Below, in pieces: positions 27,601 through 37,472 of a stretch of 64,000 bases of DNA. Both the position numbers and the translations under genes were made by a program. The stretch lies in the sequence record OV032902.1, one strand, 5' to 3'. Each line of letters opens with the position of its first letter. Position 1 is the stretch's first letter. Under the pieces are notes generated by a model, which saw nothing but the letters and a program-made list of their open reading frames with translations, was not told the origin of the DNA and did no database searches.

Positions 27601-28425
27601 ATGTACGATATTATCGCACTTTACGACGGAGTTGTTGCACCTCATGATCTAGAGGAGATGGCGAAAACTGAAACGCTATTCGATCATTTCACTTACACTG
27701 GCCACGAGCTTTCTATTGTAGAAGTAATGGCTAATAAGGAAATGGAAAACTCTGACATGGCAGGCATTACGTTCCAAACATATTATGCTCATGCACTTCG
27801 TCTTATTAATGCTTTCGGCATTACAACAGCTGAGGGTTTAGCTAGCCCATTGACGCTGAAACAATTAAACCAACTGCTAGAAGCTTTGTCTATAGCAGAC
27901 CACGTGGATAACCGTGACGTACTCGAACACATCGTGACAGACGAATCGGAAGATCCAGAAATAGTTATTGCTCGTCTAGTCGCAGAACTTACTGAAGCAA
28001 CCTTCGGTGATTGTGTCGAATGGATTGGTCGAGTAGACCCTGCACTCTTTGACAAAATGTTAGAGGTTGCAGAAGCGGAAGATGTCGAGTTCGATATGAT
28101 CAACCGTTCTCGCATGATTCGTGACCGTTATCTGTCCCTGTTGCAAGACGCACGTCAGGGCCCTGTGTACGAGTTTGTTCGTCAAGTAGCCGAACTACCT
28201 GTAACACGTAAAGTAGTCATAGAGGCCGTTTCAGCGGCACTGGGTGACGTTAAAGAACCATACCTTCTAGCACACAACTTAGTGGCCATTGAAATCATCA
28301 CCGGTGCTAAAGATGATGTACTAGAAATCAATGCTAAGTCTTTGCGTTTCGATCTATTCCCGACCATGGACCGAGTAGACCGTTACATCGAAGAAGTAGT
28401 CCAGGAGTTTTTAGAAGATGAATAA
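27601..28425 (+). CDS. conserved chimallivirus protein (phiKZ gp79-like)
   Basis: 274 aa, AAAGGAG RBS, directly upstream of the vRNAP gene. Confidence 0.7.
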   Translation: MYDIIALYDGVVAPHDLEEMAKTETLFDHFTYTGHELSIVEVMANKEMENSDMAGITFQTYYAHALRLINAFGITTAEGLASPLTLKQLNQLLEALSIADHVDNRDVLEHIVTDESEDPEIVIARLVAELTEATFGDCVEWIGRVDPALFDKMLEVAEAEDVEFDMINRSRMIRDRYLSLLQDARQGPVYEFVRQVAELPVTRKVVIEAVSAALGDVKEPYLLAHNLVAIEIITGAKDDVLEINAKSLRFDLFPTMDRVDRYIEEVVQEFLEDE

Positions 28426-29686
28426 AAAAGAATTCTTTCTAAAGGCTACCGAGAAACAAAGATTCATGGAGCGCCGCTGGCTGCTTCGTGCTTGTAGTCT
28501 GCCTAAGGGCATGAGCGTCACTACTGACCCATGGTATCCTAACAATGATGGCAAGTGGTACTGTTTTAATGAAGACGGTGAACGCGTAGACATCTCGGAT
28601 GCCAAGGCAACAGCTGAATTGTTTGCTCATAAAGAAAAGGTTACATTGAACGACGGTGATCTACCTAACGTGACTGGTAAAGTAGAAACTACTTATGACC
28701 AGGCAATGATCAATGTCATTCTTTTTGTATGGCCTTTCAAAAATCCAATTCCTTATCAGCAGGGTAAACTAAACGGCAAGAAGGTAGATAAGCTTATTGC
28801 TGACCTAGCTGAAAAGAAACAAATTTCCGTTGAAGAATATCGTCGCAACTTTATTCGTGCTTGTGGTTACCTAACCGTATTCACTCAGCTGCGTATTACT
28901 GCTGCAACGCCTAAGTCAATCTCTCCATCTAAGAAAGCATTGGCTGTGCGTGATAAACTTCTTCGTGAAAACAAAGGCAATCTAGAGGACCCTGCTGTTC
29001 TCGCTAAGATTGACCAACAGGTAGCTGCGGCTGACCGAGAAGACCTAGCGGGAGATCCATCTGAACCGTTCTTCCGTAAAGGTAAACAAATTGATACAGT
29101 ACGTAAGAAGCTGTATCACATCCAGGGTGGTGTTCCTCGTCTAGATGACCCATCGAGAATGGAACTAATGCCAAACTCACTGGATGAAGGTATGACCCCA
29201 GAGAACATGCCTGCGGCTGTAAACAACCTACGTTCAGGTTCTTATGGTCGAGCTAAAGATACTGCGTTAGGTGGTGAGGCTGCAAAATTCGCAACCCGTG
29301 CATACCAGAACGTACGTATCAGTTCTGATGATTGTGGTACTAAGGTTGGTGAACAAATGTTCATCCAAGAAAACCATGTTGGGGAATTATCTGGAATGTA
29401 TCTGGTAGGTGACGATCAACCATTAGACGAGAAGAAGATCAAGGCATTGATTGGTAAGTCCGTCTATTTGCGAGTCCCTGCTGCATGTAAAGAGAATAAC
29501 CGAAACTACTGTGTTCGTTGTATTGGTCACCGTATTGCCGATTCCGGTATTGGGGTGGGTCCATTGATGAACCAGATCGGTAACGTATTTATGTCAGTAT
29601 CTCTCGCGGCATTCCACGGTTCTTCATTGAAGACTACGCTTCTTAAGAAGACTGTAGGCTTTAAGAAGATTTTACGAATTCGTTAA
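28418..29686 (+). CDS. virion RNA polymerase beta' fragment (phiKZ gp80-like)
   Basis: Bridge-helix-like GSYGRAKDTALGGEAAK...DDCGT, Zn ligands C...CVRC, trigger-loop-like MSVSLAAFHG. Confidence 0.88.
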   Translation: MNKKEFFLKATEKQRFMERRWLLRACSLPKGMSVTTDPWYPNNDGKWYCFNEDGERVDISDAKATAELFAHKEKVTLNDGDLPNVTGKVETTYDQAMINVILFVWPFKNPIPYQQGKLNGKKVDKLIADLAEKKQISVEEYRRNFIRACGYLTVFTQLRITAATPKSISPSKKALAVRDKLLRENKGNLEDPAVLAKIDQQVAAADREDLAGDPSEPFFRKGKQIDTVRKKLYHIQGGVPRLDDPSRMELMPNSLDEGMTPENMPAAVNNLRSGSYGRAKDTALGGEAAKFATRAYQNVRISSDDCGTKVGEQMFIQENHVGELSGMYLVGDDQPLDEKKIKALIGKSVYLRVPAACKENNRNYCVRCIGHRIADSGIGVGPLMNQIGNVFMSVSLAAFHGSSLKTTLLKKTVGFKKILRIR

Positions 29687-29701
29687 TAAAGGAAGACAAC
29701 C

Positions 29702-30313
29702 ATGTCTGGTAACCAAAACAAAAACAGAAACCGTCAGAACCAACAAAAAGGTCGCGGTCAAACTGAAGCTGTTCAACAAGTTGAAGAAGTTGTAGAAACA
29801 GTAGAGCAACCTGAAGTTGTTGAACAACCAGAAGTTGCTGTTGAAGAAACAGAAGCTCTTACTGTAGCGGAAGCTGCTGAGAAAGAAGCTAACCCTGATT
29901 CAGCTGTAATGGCGTTTGCAAAACAATACGTTGAGTCAATGGGTCCAGAAAAAGCTCCTTCTGTTGAACAGATCGCACGTGGCGTTCGTGTACTTGAAGT
30001 AATCTTCGAGCACATCTTCAACGGCGGTACTCCACACGACAAACTTGTAAACGATCTGCCTGAAGTTCTAACGTACATGCGTGAAAACAAAGCAACGTTC
30101 AAGTCTGGCCGTATGCTACGTGGCGTATCTGCAAACTATCAAGTAAATGCTCAGCGTCGTATGTCTGCATACATCACTGTACTTGAGCGCTTGATCAAAG
30201 AAGGTAGCAGCGCGAAGTTCCCGCAAAGCAACCTGACTATCATGCTTGGTGAAGACCGTACTCAGAAACTACGTATTTCTTTGTCGAACATCATCCGCGT
30301 GAAATTTATTTAA
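29702..30313 (+). CDS. hypothetical protein with disordered acidic N-terminus
   Basis: 203 aa; N/Q/R-rich start and VEQPEV repeats. Confidence 0.75.
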   Translation: MSGNQNKNRNRQNQQKGRGQTEAVQQVEEVVETVEQPEVVEQPEVAVEETEALTVAEAAEKEANPDSAVMAFAKQYVESMGPEKAPSVEQIARGVRVLEVIFEHIFNGGTPHDKLVNDLPEVLTYMRENKATFKSGRMLRGVSANYQVNAQRRMSAYITVLERLIKEGSSAKFPQSNLTIMLGEDRTQKLRISLSNIIRVKFI

Positions 30314-30320
30314 TCCATAT

Positions 30321-30344
30321 GTCCCTCTCCTTCGGGAGGGGGAC
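30321..30344 (+). terminator. UUCG hairpin / terminator
   Basis: GTCCCTCTCC-ttcg-GGAGGGGGAC. Confidence 0.6.
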
Positions 30345-30357
30345 TGGAGTTTTTATT

Positions 30358-30762
30358 ATGGCTTTATTTTCTACACTGTTTGCTTGGTCTAAATCTAAGG
30401 CTGGTCTCATTAACCTCTCTATCTATGTAATCATTGCTATTGTTGCTTACCTAGGTTTCCTGAGATGGGAAAAGATGTCAGCAGAACGACAAGCATTTGA
30501 AACCGCCAATATGGCATTGAGTATTCAGATTGAAGAACTCGGAAAGAAACTAGAGATAGAACGTGAAGTAGCTGACCGTCTAATGAAGGCACAGGAAACT
30601 ACTCGTATAGAAAAAGAAATAGCCTTAGATAGGCTTGAGAGAGAACGCAATGAGAACACTGGTGATTATGATCGTGGCACTGTTGCTGCAATCCTGTGTG
30701 CTAACGGGTACGCAGAAGACTCAGCCTGTCAAGAAGCCCTTGCCCCAGAATCTACTGAGTGA
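30358..30762 (+). CDS. inner-membrane spanin (Rz-like)
   Basis: N-terminal hydrophobic helix (LINLSIYVIIAIVAYLGFL), long coiled coil, two C-terminal Cys. Overlapped by a lipoprotein gene; GGAG RBS before ATG 30358. Confidence 0.75.
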   Translation: MALFSTLFAWSKSKAGLINLSIYVIIAIVAYLGFLRWEKMSAERQAFETANMALSIQIEELGKKLEIEREVADRLMKAQETTRIEKEIALDRLERERNENTGDYDRGTVAAILCANGYAEDSACQEALAPESTE

Positions 30763-30979
30763 TATTACTATACCTAAAGCGAAAGGCTTTGAGTACGATG
30801 ACATGGTAGACTGGAATCTTAGTCTTATAGAAGTAATCCAATTACAGCGTTGTAAGCTACAGGAAAGTCGCAGGTTGAACGACCCTGACAACTTCAAAGA
30901 GGTCCAAGGACTGCGCTGTACAAAGGAAGATCTCCTAGACAAATCCTTTGAATATATTCCGCCGAAAAGCGATCGGTAG
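30650..30979 (+). CDS. outer-membrane spanin lipoprotein (Rz1-like)
   Basis: Signal peptide MRTLVIMIVALLLQS-C with lipobox Cys, Pro-rich segment KPLPQNLL. Starts inside the i-spanin gene in another frame. Confidence 0.78.
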   Translation: MRTLVIMIVALLLQSCVLTGTQKTQPVKKPLPQNLLSDITIPKAKGFEYDDMVDWNLSLIEVIQLQRCKLQESRRLNDPDNFKEVQGLRCTKEDLLDKSFEYIPPKSDR

Positions 30980-30996
30980 TAATTAGGAGAAAAATC

Positions 30997-32334
30997 GTGG
31001 ATATCCAACTAAACGAATTCGAAATTCATCAGACTCTCCAAGCTGATAGTTTCGACTTGGAGCGTGCAGGTATTCTGACTGACGAATTGTCACGTCTGCA
31101 TCGCTTCGTAGCAACTGCTGCTCCAACTGAGCAAAACCTAGCAGTAGCTGAATCAATGATTGAATCTTTCAACGGAGCCGCAGGTAAAGAGCTGATCACC
31201 TTTACTAAAGGCGAAATGTTGATGCAAATGCACGGCCTTGACGAAGAAGGTCTTAAAGATACAGGTACTCGTATCTATCGTTCTATCTCTCGCATCATCT
31301 CTCGTATCGTAGCGTTCCTACGTAACCTATGGCGTTCTTTCTTTAACAAAGATGAGAACCGTACGAAGAAGATCCAAACTCAGATGGAACTTATCGATGA
31401 GCAGATTACAGCTGCTGAACTTCTTTACAAACAGCTTAAGCTTTCGCACGGTGACTCGTTCACAGAGAAAGGCGAACTAGCTAAGCAAGTAGAAGAAGTT
31501 AAAGGTGTTGTTTTCTTGAGTCCTAAAGGCACTAAGCTTGTTGACCCTGCGCACGTACGCACAGATGTATTCTCTACTGTTAACCGTGCTAAACTAGAAG
31601 GCGAAGCAATTCTCCAACTAGTTGAGAAGGGCGGTGTTATTGGTCAAACTCCTCAGGCAGTTATTGACCGCGTAGAAGCTGCACGTAAGCTACTAGAGCT
31701 AGGTGTTGATACAGATCTATTCTCTATCGGTAAGCGTCTACTAGCGATCACTACAGAGCGTGACATCACTGAAGCAATTCAAGTTATCTCTGATCGTAAC
31801 GGTGACTACAAGCGTTTAGAAGGTCTTTCATCTTCTTACTCTAAGTCTGGCTTTGACTTAGGTATTAACAGCATTAAGGTTCGTGCCGATATGGCAGCTG
31901 GTGTTAAATCACTTGTTGGTTCTAAAGGCCCTAACCTAATGAAAGCTACTCGTTCTACTCGCGTTAATGGTAACTTTGGTTTAGACGACATTAAGAAACT
32001 TGAGTCTGCTCGTTCTGATGTTGTTGAAGTACGTAAGTCTATCCAGAACGTCGTAGAGATCTACCTAAAAGAACTTGAAGCTTATGCTGGTGACAATGGT
32101 AATACTTTACGTGAAGCTGCTAAGAAAGTAGCAGAGGTACAAGTAAGCGCTATCGTTAAGCCACATGTACCAACTGTACAGAAAGCACTAAACGGTTTCC
32201 ATAACGTACTGCGTAAAGAAATGAAAGTATTCGAAGACGCTGTTGTTGAACTTGATTTGCTAGATACTCAAATCTCTGCACTTCTAGGTTCACTAATGAA
32301 CTTCACTACTTTCCCAGGTCGACCTGAAAAATAA
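30997..32334 (+). CDS. virion head protein, paralog of the 44-50 kb array
   Basis: GTG start with AGGAG RBS. Acidic N-terminus, then GLDEE/G and amphipathic helix RIYRSISRIISRIVAFLRNLW. Confidence 0.65.
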   Translation: MDIQLNEFEIHQTLQADSFDLERAGILTDELSRLHRFVATAAPTEQNLAVAESMIESFNGAAGKELITFTKGEMLMQMHGLDEEGLKDTGTRIYRSISRIISRIVAFLRNLWRSFFNKDENRTKKIQTQMELIDEQITAAELLYKQLKLSHGDSFTEKGELAKQVEEVKGVVFLSPKGTKLVDPAHVRTDVFSTVNRAKLEGEAILQLVEKGGVIGQTPQAVIDRVEAARKLLELGVDTDLFSIGKRLLAITTERDITEAIQVISDRNGDYKRLEGLSSSYSKSGFDLGINSIKVRADMAAGVKSLVGSKGPNLMKATRSTRVNGNFGLDDIKKLESARSDVVEVRKSIQNVVEIYLKELEAYAGDNGNTLREAAKKVAEVQVSAIVKPHVPTVQKALNGFHNVLRKEMKVFEDAVVELDLLDTQISALLGSLMNFTTFPGRPEK

Positions 32335-32340
32335 TATACT

Positions 32341-32364
32341 CCTCTCTGCCCTAGGGCAGAGAGG
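32341..32364. terminator. bidirectional terminator
   Basis: CCTCTCTGCC-ctag-GGCAGAGAGG. Confidence 0.8.
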
Positions 32365-32373
32365 GTATTGTTT

Positions 32374-34089
32374 TTATGCTGCTTTCTTTTCTTCAGCAGT
32401 ATCATCATTTGCTGCGTCGTATAGAGCAAGTACATCTTCAAAGTGTGGCATCTTGAGAACGCGTGTACAAATCTCATAAGCATTTGCAGGTGTTGCCATA
32501 AGGTCAACGGATAGCTGTTTAATCTGGTTCTTGTTAAGACCAGAGATAGAACAAACTTCTGCAAGTGTAGTAGACTTAGATACGTTCGCAATAAACTGTG
32601 CATTAGGATAACCAGATGTGATATCGATATCCGCAACACCAACCGCTGCACGAGTAAGTAGGTCAGGAAGTTCTCTGTATAGTGCAATACCTGATTCATC
32701 GGCCAGTTCGTTAGCAAGTGTAACAATCCAGTCTTTCTTATCAAGTACGAACTTATCGAACTCTTCTGTCATATCATCGGCAGTAGAACATAGTACCTTA
32801 CCACGCTCAACCAAGAATAGGTGAATAGCGTTAGCAAGACGTTTAGGGTTAGAAGATAGAGAACCCAAATCAGAACCATCGGCATACAAACCGATTTTCT
32901 TAGATAGGTCATTCGTCTTCTCATCGAGCATCTCAACTGAGATACAGTCAAACAAGTTATATACCAAGTATTCAATTTTCTTGGTAAGCTGCATAACTTT
33001 GTGCCAATTCAAGTTGTGGTTTCCATCCACCTCAGGAATCTCAAGTTTACGGATACCCAGTTCAGATTCAAGGATAGGGTCAAGTGCATAAGAGTGACGC
33101 TTACCTTCAATAACACGAAGCATGCGGAATACACACATTGCATCGATGATGTAGAATGATGCAGGACATTCAACAACGTGCCAAGCTTCTGATGGGTCTT
33201 TGTTCATCTTCTTGCCGGAAGCAGTTACGCGGTTAACCGCATCTTCACGATACTTGAAGTGATGGTACTGACGAGGAATAGATGGGTCAGAGAAGATAAA
33301 CGCAGGGTCTTTACCGTGACGCTCACAACTTTGAATCATCTTCTTAATATCGAAGTTCATGTTCCAGAAAGCCAGTAGGTCAGGCTTCCATTGGTGAGTG
33401 TAGAACATCAAACGTTTACAAACTTCAAAGTCGTTGTCAACAACATGTACTTTGATTTTCATCTTACGCTTTTCGATATCGTCAGCTAGATATTTGTGAC
33501 ACATCTGCAATACACGTTCTTCAACGTCTTGGATGCCTTCTACAAAATCTTTACTGATAACGATTACTGCTTTGTCTTTCATTGAGACAGCACCTGATAC
33601 GATTTCTTCATCGTCAGAATGTACGTTTGTCTCAAAGTCCATTACCGCTACCGAAAAGTCTGGGGCCCAGCTTCCGTTGTTAGCAGCATTAAGTTTATCT
33701 AGACGGTTCTTCTCTAGAACTGTTACCGAAATATCTGTACCATAGATATACGGAGAGCGACAAGATTTAGATAGCGGCTGAAAGCCACCGCGAAAACCAA
33801 TCGCTTGTGCTACACGCATCGGTAGCTCTGCTTGAGTACATTCACGTTTCTCAAGGTTATATTCGAATTCAAACTCGCGTTTCTGTTTGTGCTGTTTTTG
33901 TACTTCTTTCTTCGAAAGCCAGTATGGTCGCTGTACATTAGTTGCAAGTCTCAGGTGCGGTTTCTCGCGTCCTGTCTCTTTACAACGTAATCGTTCCTTA
34001 ATGATTACAGCATCTTCCGTACGACTGTCTTGGTTCTTTGCATAAAGCGTGAACATACAGTGACGCTGTATCTCTCTGGGTGTAGACAT
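32374..34089 (-). CDS. family B DNA polymerase, N-terminal subunit with 3'-5' exonuclease (phiKZ gp82-like)
   Basis: ExoI DFET, ExoII WNMNFD, ExoIII YNLFD and polymerase motif A DITSGYP. Confidence 0.9.
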   Translation of the reverse strand: MSTPREIQRHCMFTLYAKNQDSRTEDAVIIKERLRCKETGREKPHLRLATNVQRPYWLSKKEVQKQHKQKREFEFEYNLEKRECTQAELPMRVAQAIGFRGGFQPLSKSCRSPYIYGTDISVTVLEKNRLDKLNAANNGSWAPDFSVAVMDFETNVHSDDEEIVSGAVSMKDKAVIVISKDFVEGIQDVEERVLQMCHKYLADDIEKRKMKIKVHVVDNDFEVCKRLMFYTHQWKPDLLAFWNMNFDIKKMIQSCERHGKDPAFIFSDPSIPRQYHHFKYREDAVNRVTASGKKMNKDPSEAWHVVECPASFYIIDAMCVFRMLRVIEGKRHSYALDPILESELGIRKLEIPEVDGNHNLNWHKVMQLTKKIEYLVYNLFDCISVEMLDEKTNDLSKKIGLYADGSDLGSLSSNPKRLANAIHLFLVERGKVLCSTADDMTEEFDKFVLDKKDWIVTLANELADESGIALYRELPDLLTRAAVGVADIDITSGYPNAQFIANVSKSTTLAEVCSISGLNKNQIKQLSVDLMATPANAYEICTRVLKMPHFEDVLALYDAANDDTAEEKKAA

Positions 34090-34163
34090 TTTACGCTCCT
34101 CGCTAATTAGATAGGTGTCTAAAAAATTTAGTCACTCTGTTCGAACAGAAGAAAGGTCCCAAA

Positions 34164-35420
34164 ATGAATGTTTTCGATTTTGACAATATCCTAGGCGACG
34201 GCCTGGATCAAGAGTCAATGCTTAAATTTAAGCACTCAAATCTAGGGCCTGAATTAGAGAAGGAAATCAACCTTCTCCGTACCAGGTCAACTGTACGCAA
34301 GAAAGACGTGGAAAACTCTGAGCTTGCGAAAATCGTATTTGATCATACGGGCATCCGAAACAAAGTAAAAGCCATGGCTGGTGAATACAATGCTTATGCG
34401 ATGTTCCCGACGCTATCTGCTGATCATGTGTTTTATGATACATACGACAACAAGCAGATGGTAAAAGACTACTTCCGTGTTAAGTCACCGGAAGAAGCAG
34501 TAGTGGGCTGGGTTGATGTTAAGGCTGGCCGTATTGGCGGTTACTTCTCAGAAATCATGCATGAACAAGGTATCGGTCTAGAGTTCTTCAATAACTCTCA
34601 ATTCGATACAAAAGAAATCGTAGCTATCATGCTTCACGAAATCGGTCACTTGTTCTATTACTACCACAAGCTATCATTCATGCGTTCTGCAAACTACTAC
34701 ATGGATCACCTGGCAAAAGAGCTAGATGAAATTAAAGATCCAGAGAAACGCATTGCTTACGCTACGAAGAAACAGCTTAAGAAAGGTGACGTTAAGTCAC
34801 TGAAAGAAATCAGTCAAGCAAAGGATAAGAGCCAAATCACAATTATCCTTCACAACGATATCCTTGAAGAAGCAGGTTCTGACCTAGGAATCAATAACTA
34901 CGATACTCGTGGTTGGGAATATCTAGCAGACCGTTATGCTAACTCAATGGGCTATGGCGATTACGTTGTTAGTGGTCTTGACCGCATGTACCAAATCTAT
35001 GGTATCCGCAATACTTCGAAATGGGTTAATGCAATAATCCAGACGTTCGTTCTTATCATCCTGACTGTTTACACAGCAGGTGTCGTACCGCTATTGCTTT
35101 TGACTCTAGTAGACCATCAGCGTCCTGTATACGATGACCCTAAGAAACGTTTCGAAGTTATCCGTAAAGACATGATTGGCCAGCTGCGTCTATTACCTAT
35201 CGACGACAAAGAAAAGCCTAAGATCATTCGTCGTATTCAAAACATCGATGAAGTTCTTAACCGCATGGAACCTGATACTATGGATGTATTCCAATTCCTG
35301 CAATCTCACTTCGGTCCACGTGGTCGCAAAGTCTATCGTCATACAACTGTTCAGAAAACTCTTGAACACTTCGCTAACAGTGAACTCCGCCTACGTGCTG
35401 AGCGCCTAAGAAATTCATAA
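34164..35420 (+). CDS. virion protein with HExxH zinc-peptidase motif (phiKZ gp83-like)
   Basis: MLHEIGH, downstream EYLADRYA..MGYG, and a hydrophobic segment FVLIILTVYTAGVVPLLLLTLV. Confidence 0.7.
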   Translation: MNVFDFDNILGDGLDQESMLKFKHSNLGPELEKEINLLRTRSTVRKKDVENSELAKIVFDHTGIRNKVKAMAGEYNAYAMFPTLSADHVFYDTYDNKQMVKDYFRVKSPEEAVVGWVDVKAGRIGGYFSEIMHEQGIGLEFFNNSQFDTKEIVAIMLHEIGHLFYYYHKLSFMRSANYYMDHLAKELDEIKDPEKRIAYATKKQLKKGDVKSLKEISQAKDKSQITIILHNDILEEAGSDLGINNYDTRGWEYLADRYANSMGYGDYVVSGLDRMYQIYGIRNTSKWVNAIIQTFVLIILTVYTAGVVPLLLLTLVDHQRPVYDDPKKRFEVIRKDMIGQLRLLPIDDKEKPKIIRRIQNIDEVLNRMEPDTMDVFQFLQSHFGPRGRKVYRHTTVQKTLEHFANSELRLRAERLRNS

Positions 35421-35430
35421 GGATAAACCA

Positions 35431-37425
35431 ATGAATACCGCTTTTAATCGAGTTGCCACGCAACTAGGTGGACTACACTTTGCTGTGGGTTCTCCTACCG
35501 CAATGACAGCTGCTCTTCTTATCAACGAGAAGCTGCCTCTTATTCCAATCAATGATCAATACGAATTCATCAAGCGTTGGGGTTCTGATATCTTTGCTAA
35601 GGCACAGGCTGAAGTACAGCGCTTTGGTGCAGAGCACATGATCGATGAAACTCTTACTCTAGAGATGACTCGTCAGATTTACAAGCAGCGTGCCCTAATC
35701 GCAGCTGATCCACTTTACATCTTGTTCCACATGATGTCTCCAGCAAACTTCGAAGAGTCATTCATGGATGACCCTTTAACAGCTGGCGGTGAGCACGTAC
35801 TAAATACTGCTTACTACTACATCATCGAAGTAGTTCACTCTAACCGAGCAGAAATGCAGAAGACGTTTAATGAGTTTAACTACGCTTCATCTAACACGCG
35901 TCTACTTAACATGACCGTAGATAAAATCTACGATGTGTTTGACCGTGACTTCCGTGAAGTTCCTGCTAGTACCATGGCTGGTTACCATCGTCTTATCAAG
36001 AGCATTCTTTCTGAGATGTTTGAACTATACCGTGCTAACTACAACTTCTACAAAATCCAAGAGTCTCGTTATGCGAAGCTAGTGAGCAACCAGGTAGAAA
36101 CAGCACTGCAAGGTACTTACACTCAGCAAGACATGGCTGCGTTCGTAAACACGTTCTACAATAAAGAAATTGAAAAGCGTGAATACAGCAAAGACCAAGA
36201 TGAAGCACTTGCTAATGGTTACATCAATGAAGATCAATATGCTTACCCTGAGCCAGACCCAGGCTTTGATATGGAAAGCATGAGTCATACTGAACTGGAA
36301 GCTTCATGGGAAGAAATTGATTCTTTCATGGCTAACATGGCCAAAGGCGCAGATGAACTTGAAGAGCGCGTTGACGCTATCATGAAGAACGGCGCTAACC
36401 GTGCAGACGCTATCCAGCTTCTTGGTCTTGACCCAATCAAAGACAAAGCAGAGCTGAATAAGCTACCATTGCATCGTTCTGGTACTAACCACGAAGTAGG
36501 CATGGGTCTTCTAGCAGGTCTTAAGAAAGTTGGCCGTAATGCACTAGTTGCAGTTATGCGCATGATCGAAGCAGTACTAAACAAAGTACTTCGTTTCTTC
36601 GGTTCTCCGTTCGGTCTTAAGCCTACCTTCACTATCACAGAAGCTGATGAAGCCGCTGCTAAGTGGGGTCAAACTTTTGCTAAGCCTATTCATGACATCA
36701 TCGAAAACAAGAAGACTCCAATCGTACGAGACGAGAACCTTGTTAAGAATGTAATCACCCAGGCTATGGAAACAATGGTAGATACTATTGAATCTCTAAC
36801 TGAGCACGGTGAACGCATTGATGGATTCATGGCTAAGGATGACTTTGTTCGTCTAGAAGGCGCTGTAGAAGAAATGAACGCTAATGGCGAAAAGCTTATC
36901 AAGCAGTTCAACGATTCTGTTATCGCGTCTGGTCTGTTGACTACTATTGTTAAAGAAGTTAAGCAAGAGCCTGACTTCCGCCATGTAGCTGGTGAACCGT
37001 TTGAGTCATTCGGTCGTCTTTCTGCCCTGACTAATGTTGCTCAAGCTGAGACCGACATCAAAGCTATGGCTACTGGTCGTGTTGAACAGCGCGTACCTAA
37101 AGTAGAAGACATCCATTCTGTAATGAAAGACTTCAAAGATGTTGATCATTACGAAGACATCCGTTTAGAAATCCGTGACAAAGCTCAATCGGCTATCCGT
37201 CGCATGCGTGGACTACGTACACAGCAATTCGATTTCTTGAACGCACGTCCTACTGACCGATTCTCTGTGGAGTACATGGGTGCTAAGTCATTCAAGACTC
37301 AAGTAGATGCTGTACGTGACATGGCATACACTATCAAAGGTATCGCAGATATCTATGGTGTTGTTACTAGCGAACTAGCTTCTATGATTGTTACTTACAA
37401 CGCTAACTTCGGCGATAAGAAATAA
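35431..37425 (+). CDS. virion head protein (phiKZ gp84-86 position)
   Basis: 664 aa. The C-terminal half has GFDME/S followed by an amphipathic helix like the paralog array. Confidence 0.6.
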   Translation: MNTAFNRVATQLGGLHFAVGSPTAMTAALLINEKLPLIPINDQYEFIKRWGSDIFAKAQAEVQRFGAEHMIDETLTLEMTRQIYKQRALIAADPLYILFHMMSPANFEESFMDDPLTAGGEHVLNTAYYYIIEVVHSNRAEMQKTFNEFNYASSNTRLLNMTVDKIYDVFDRDFREVPASTMAGYHRLIKSILSEMFELYRANYNFYKIQESRYAKLVSNQVETALQGTYTQQDMAAFVNTFYNKEIEKREYSKDQDEALANGYINEDQYAYPEPDPGFDMESMSHTELEASWEEIDSFMANMAKGADELEERVDAIMKNGANRADAIQLLGLDPIKDKAELNKLPLHRSGTNHEVGMGLLAGLKKVGRNALVAVMRMIEAVLNKVLRFFGSPFGLKPTFTITEADEAAAKWGQTFAKPIHDIIENKKTPIVRDENLVKNVITQAMETMVDTIESLTEHGERIDGFMAKDDFVRLEGAVEEMNANGEKLIKQFNDSVIASGLLTTIVKEVKQEPDFRHVAGEPFESFGRLSALTNVAQAETDIKAMATGRVEQRVPKVEDIHSVMKDFKDVDHYEDIRLEIRDKAQSAIRRMRGLRTQQFDFLNARPTDRFSVEYMGAKSFKTQVDAVRDMAYTIKGIADIYGVVTSELASMIVTYNANFGDKK

Positions 37426-37431
37426 AGTATA

Positions 37432-37472
37432 CCCTATCCCCTCGCGGGGATAGGGCTACTATTTTTTTTTTT
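37432..37472. terminator. bidirectional terminator
   Basis: CCCTATCCC-ctcgc-GGGATAGGG, T tract at 37462-37472. Confidence 0.75.
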
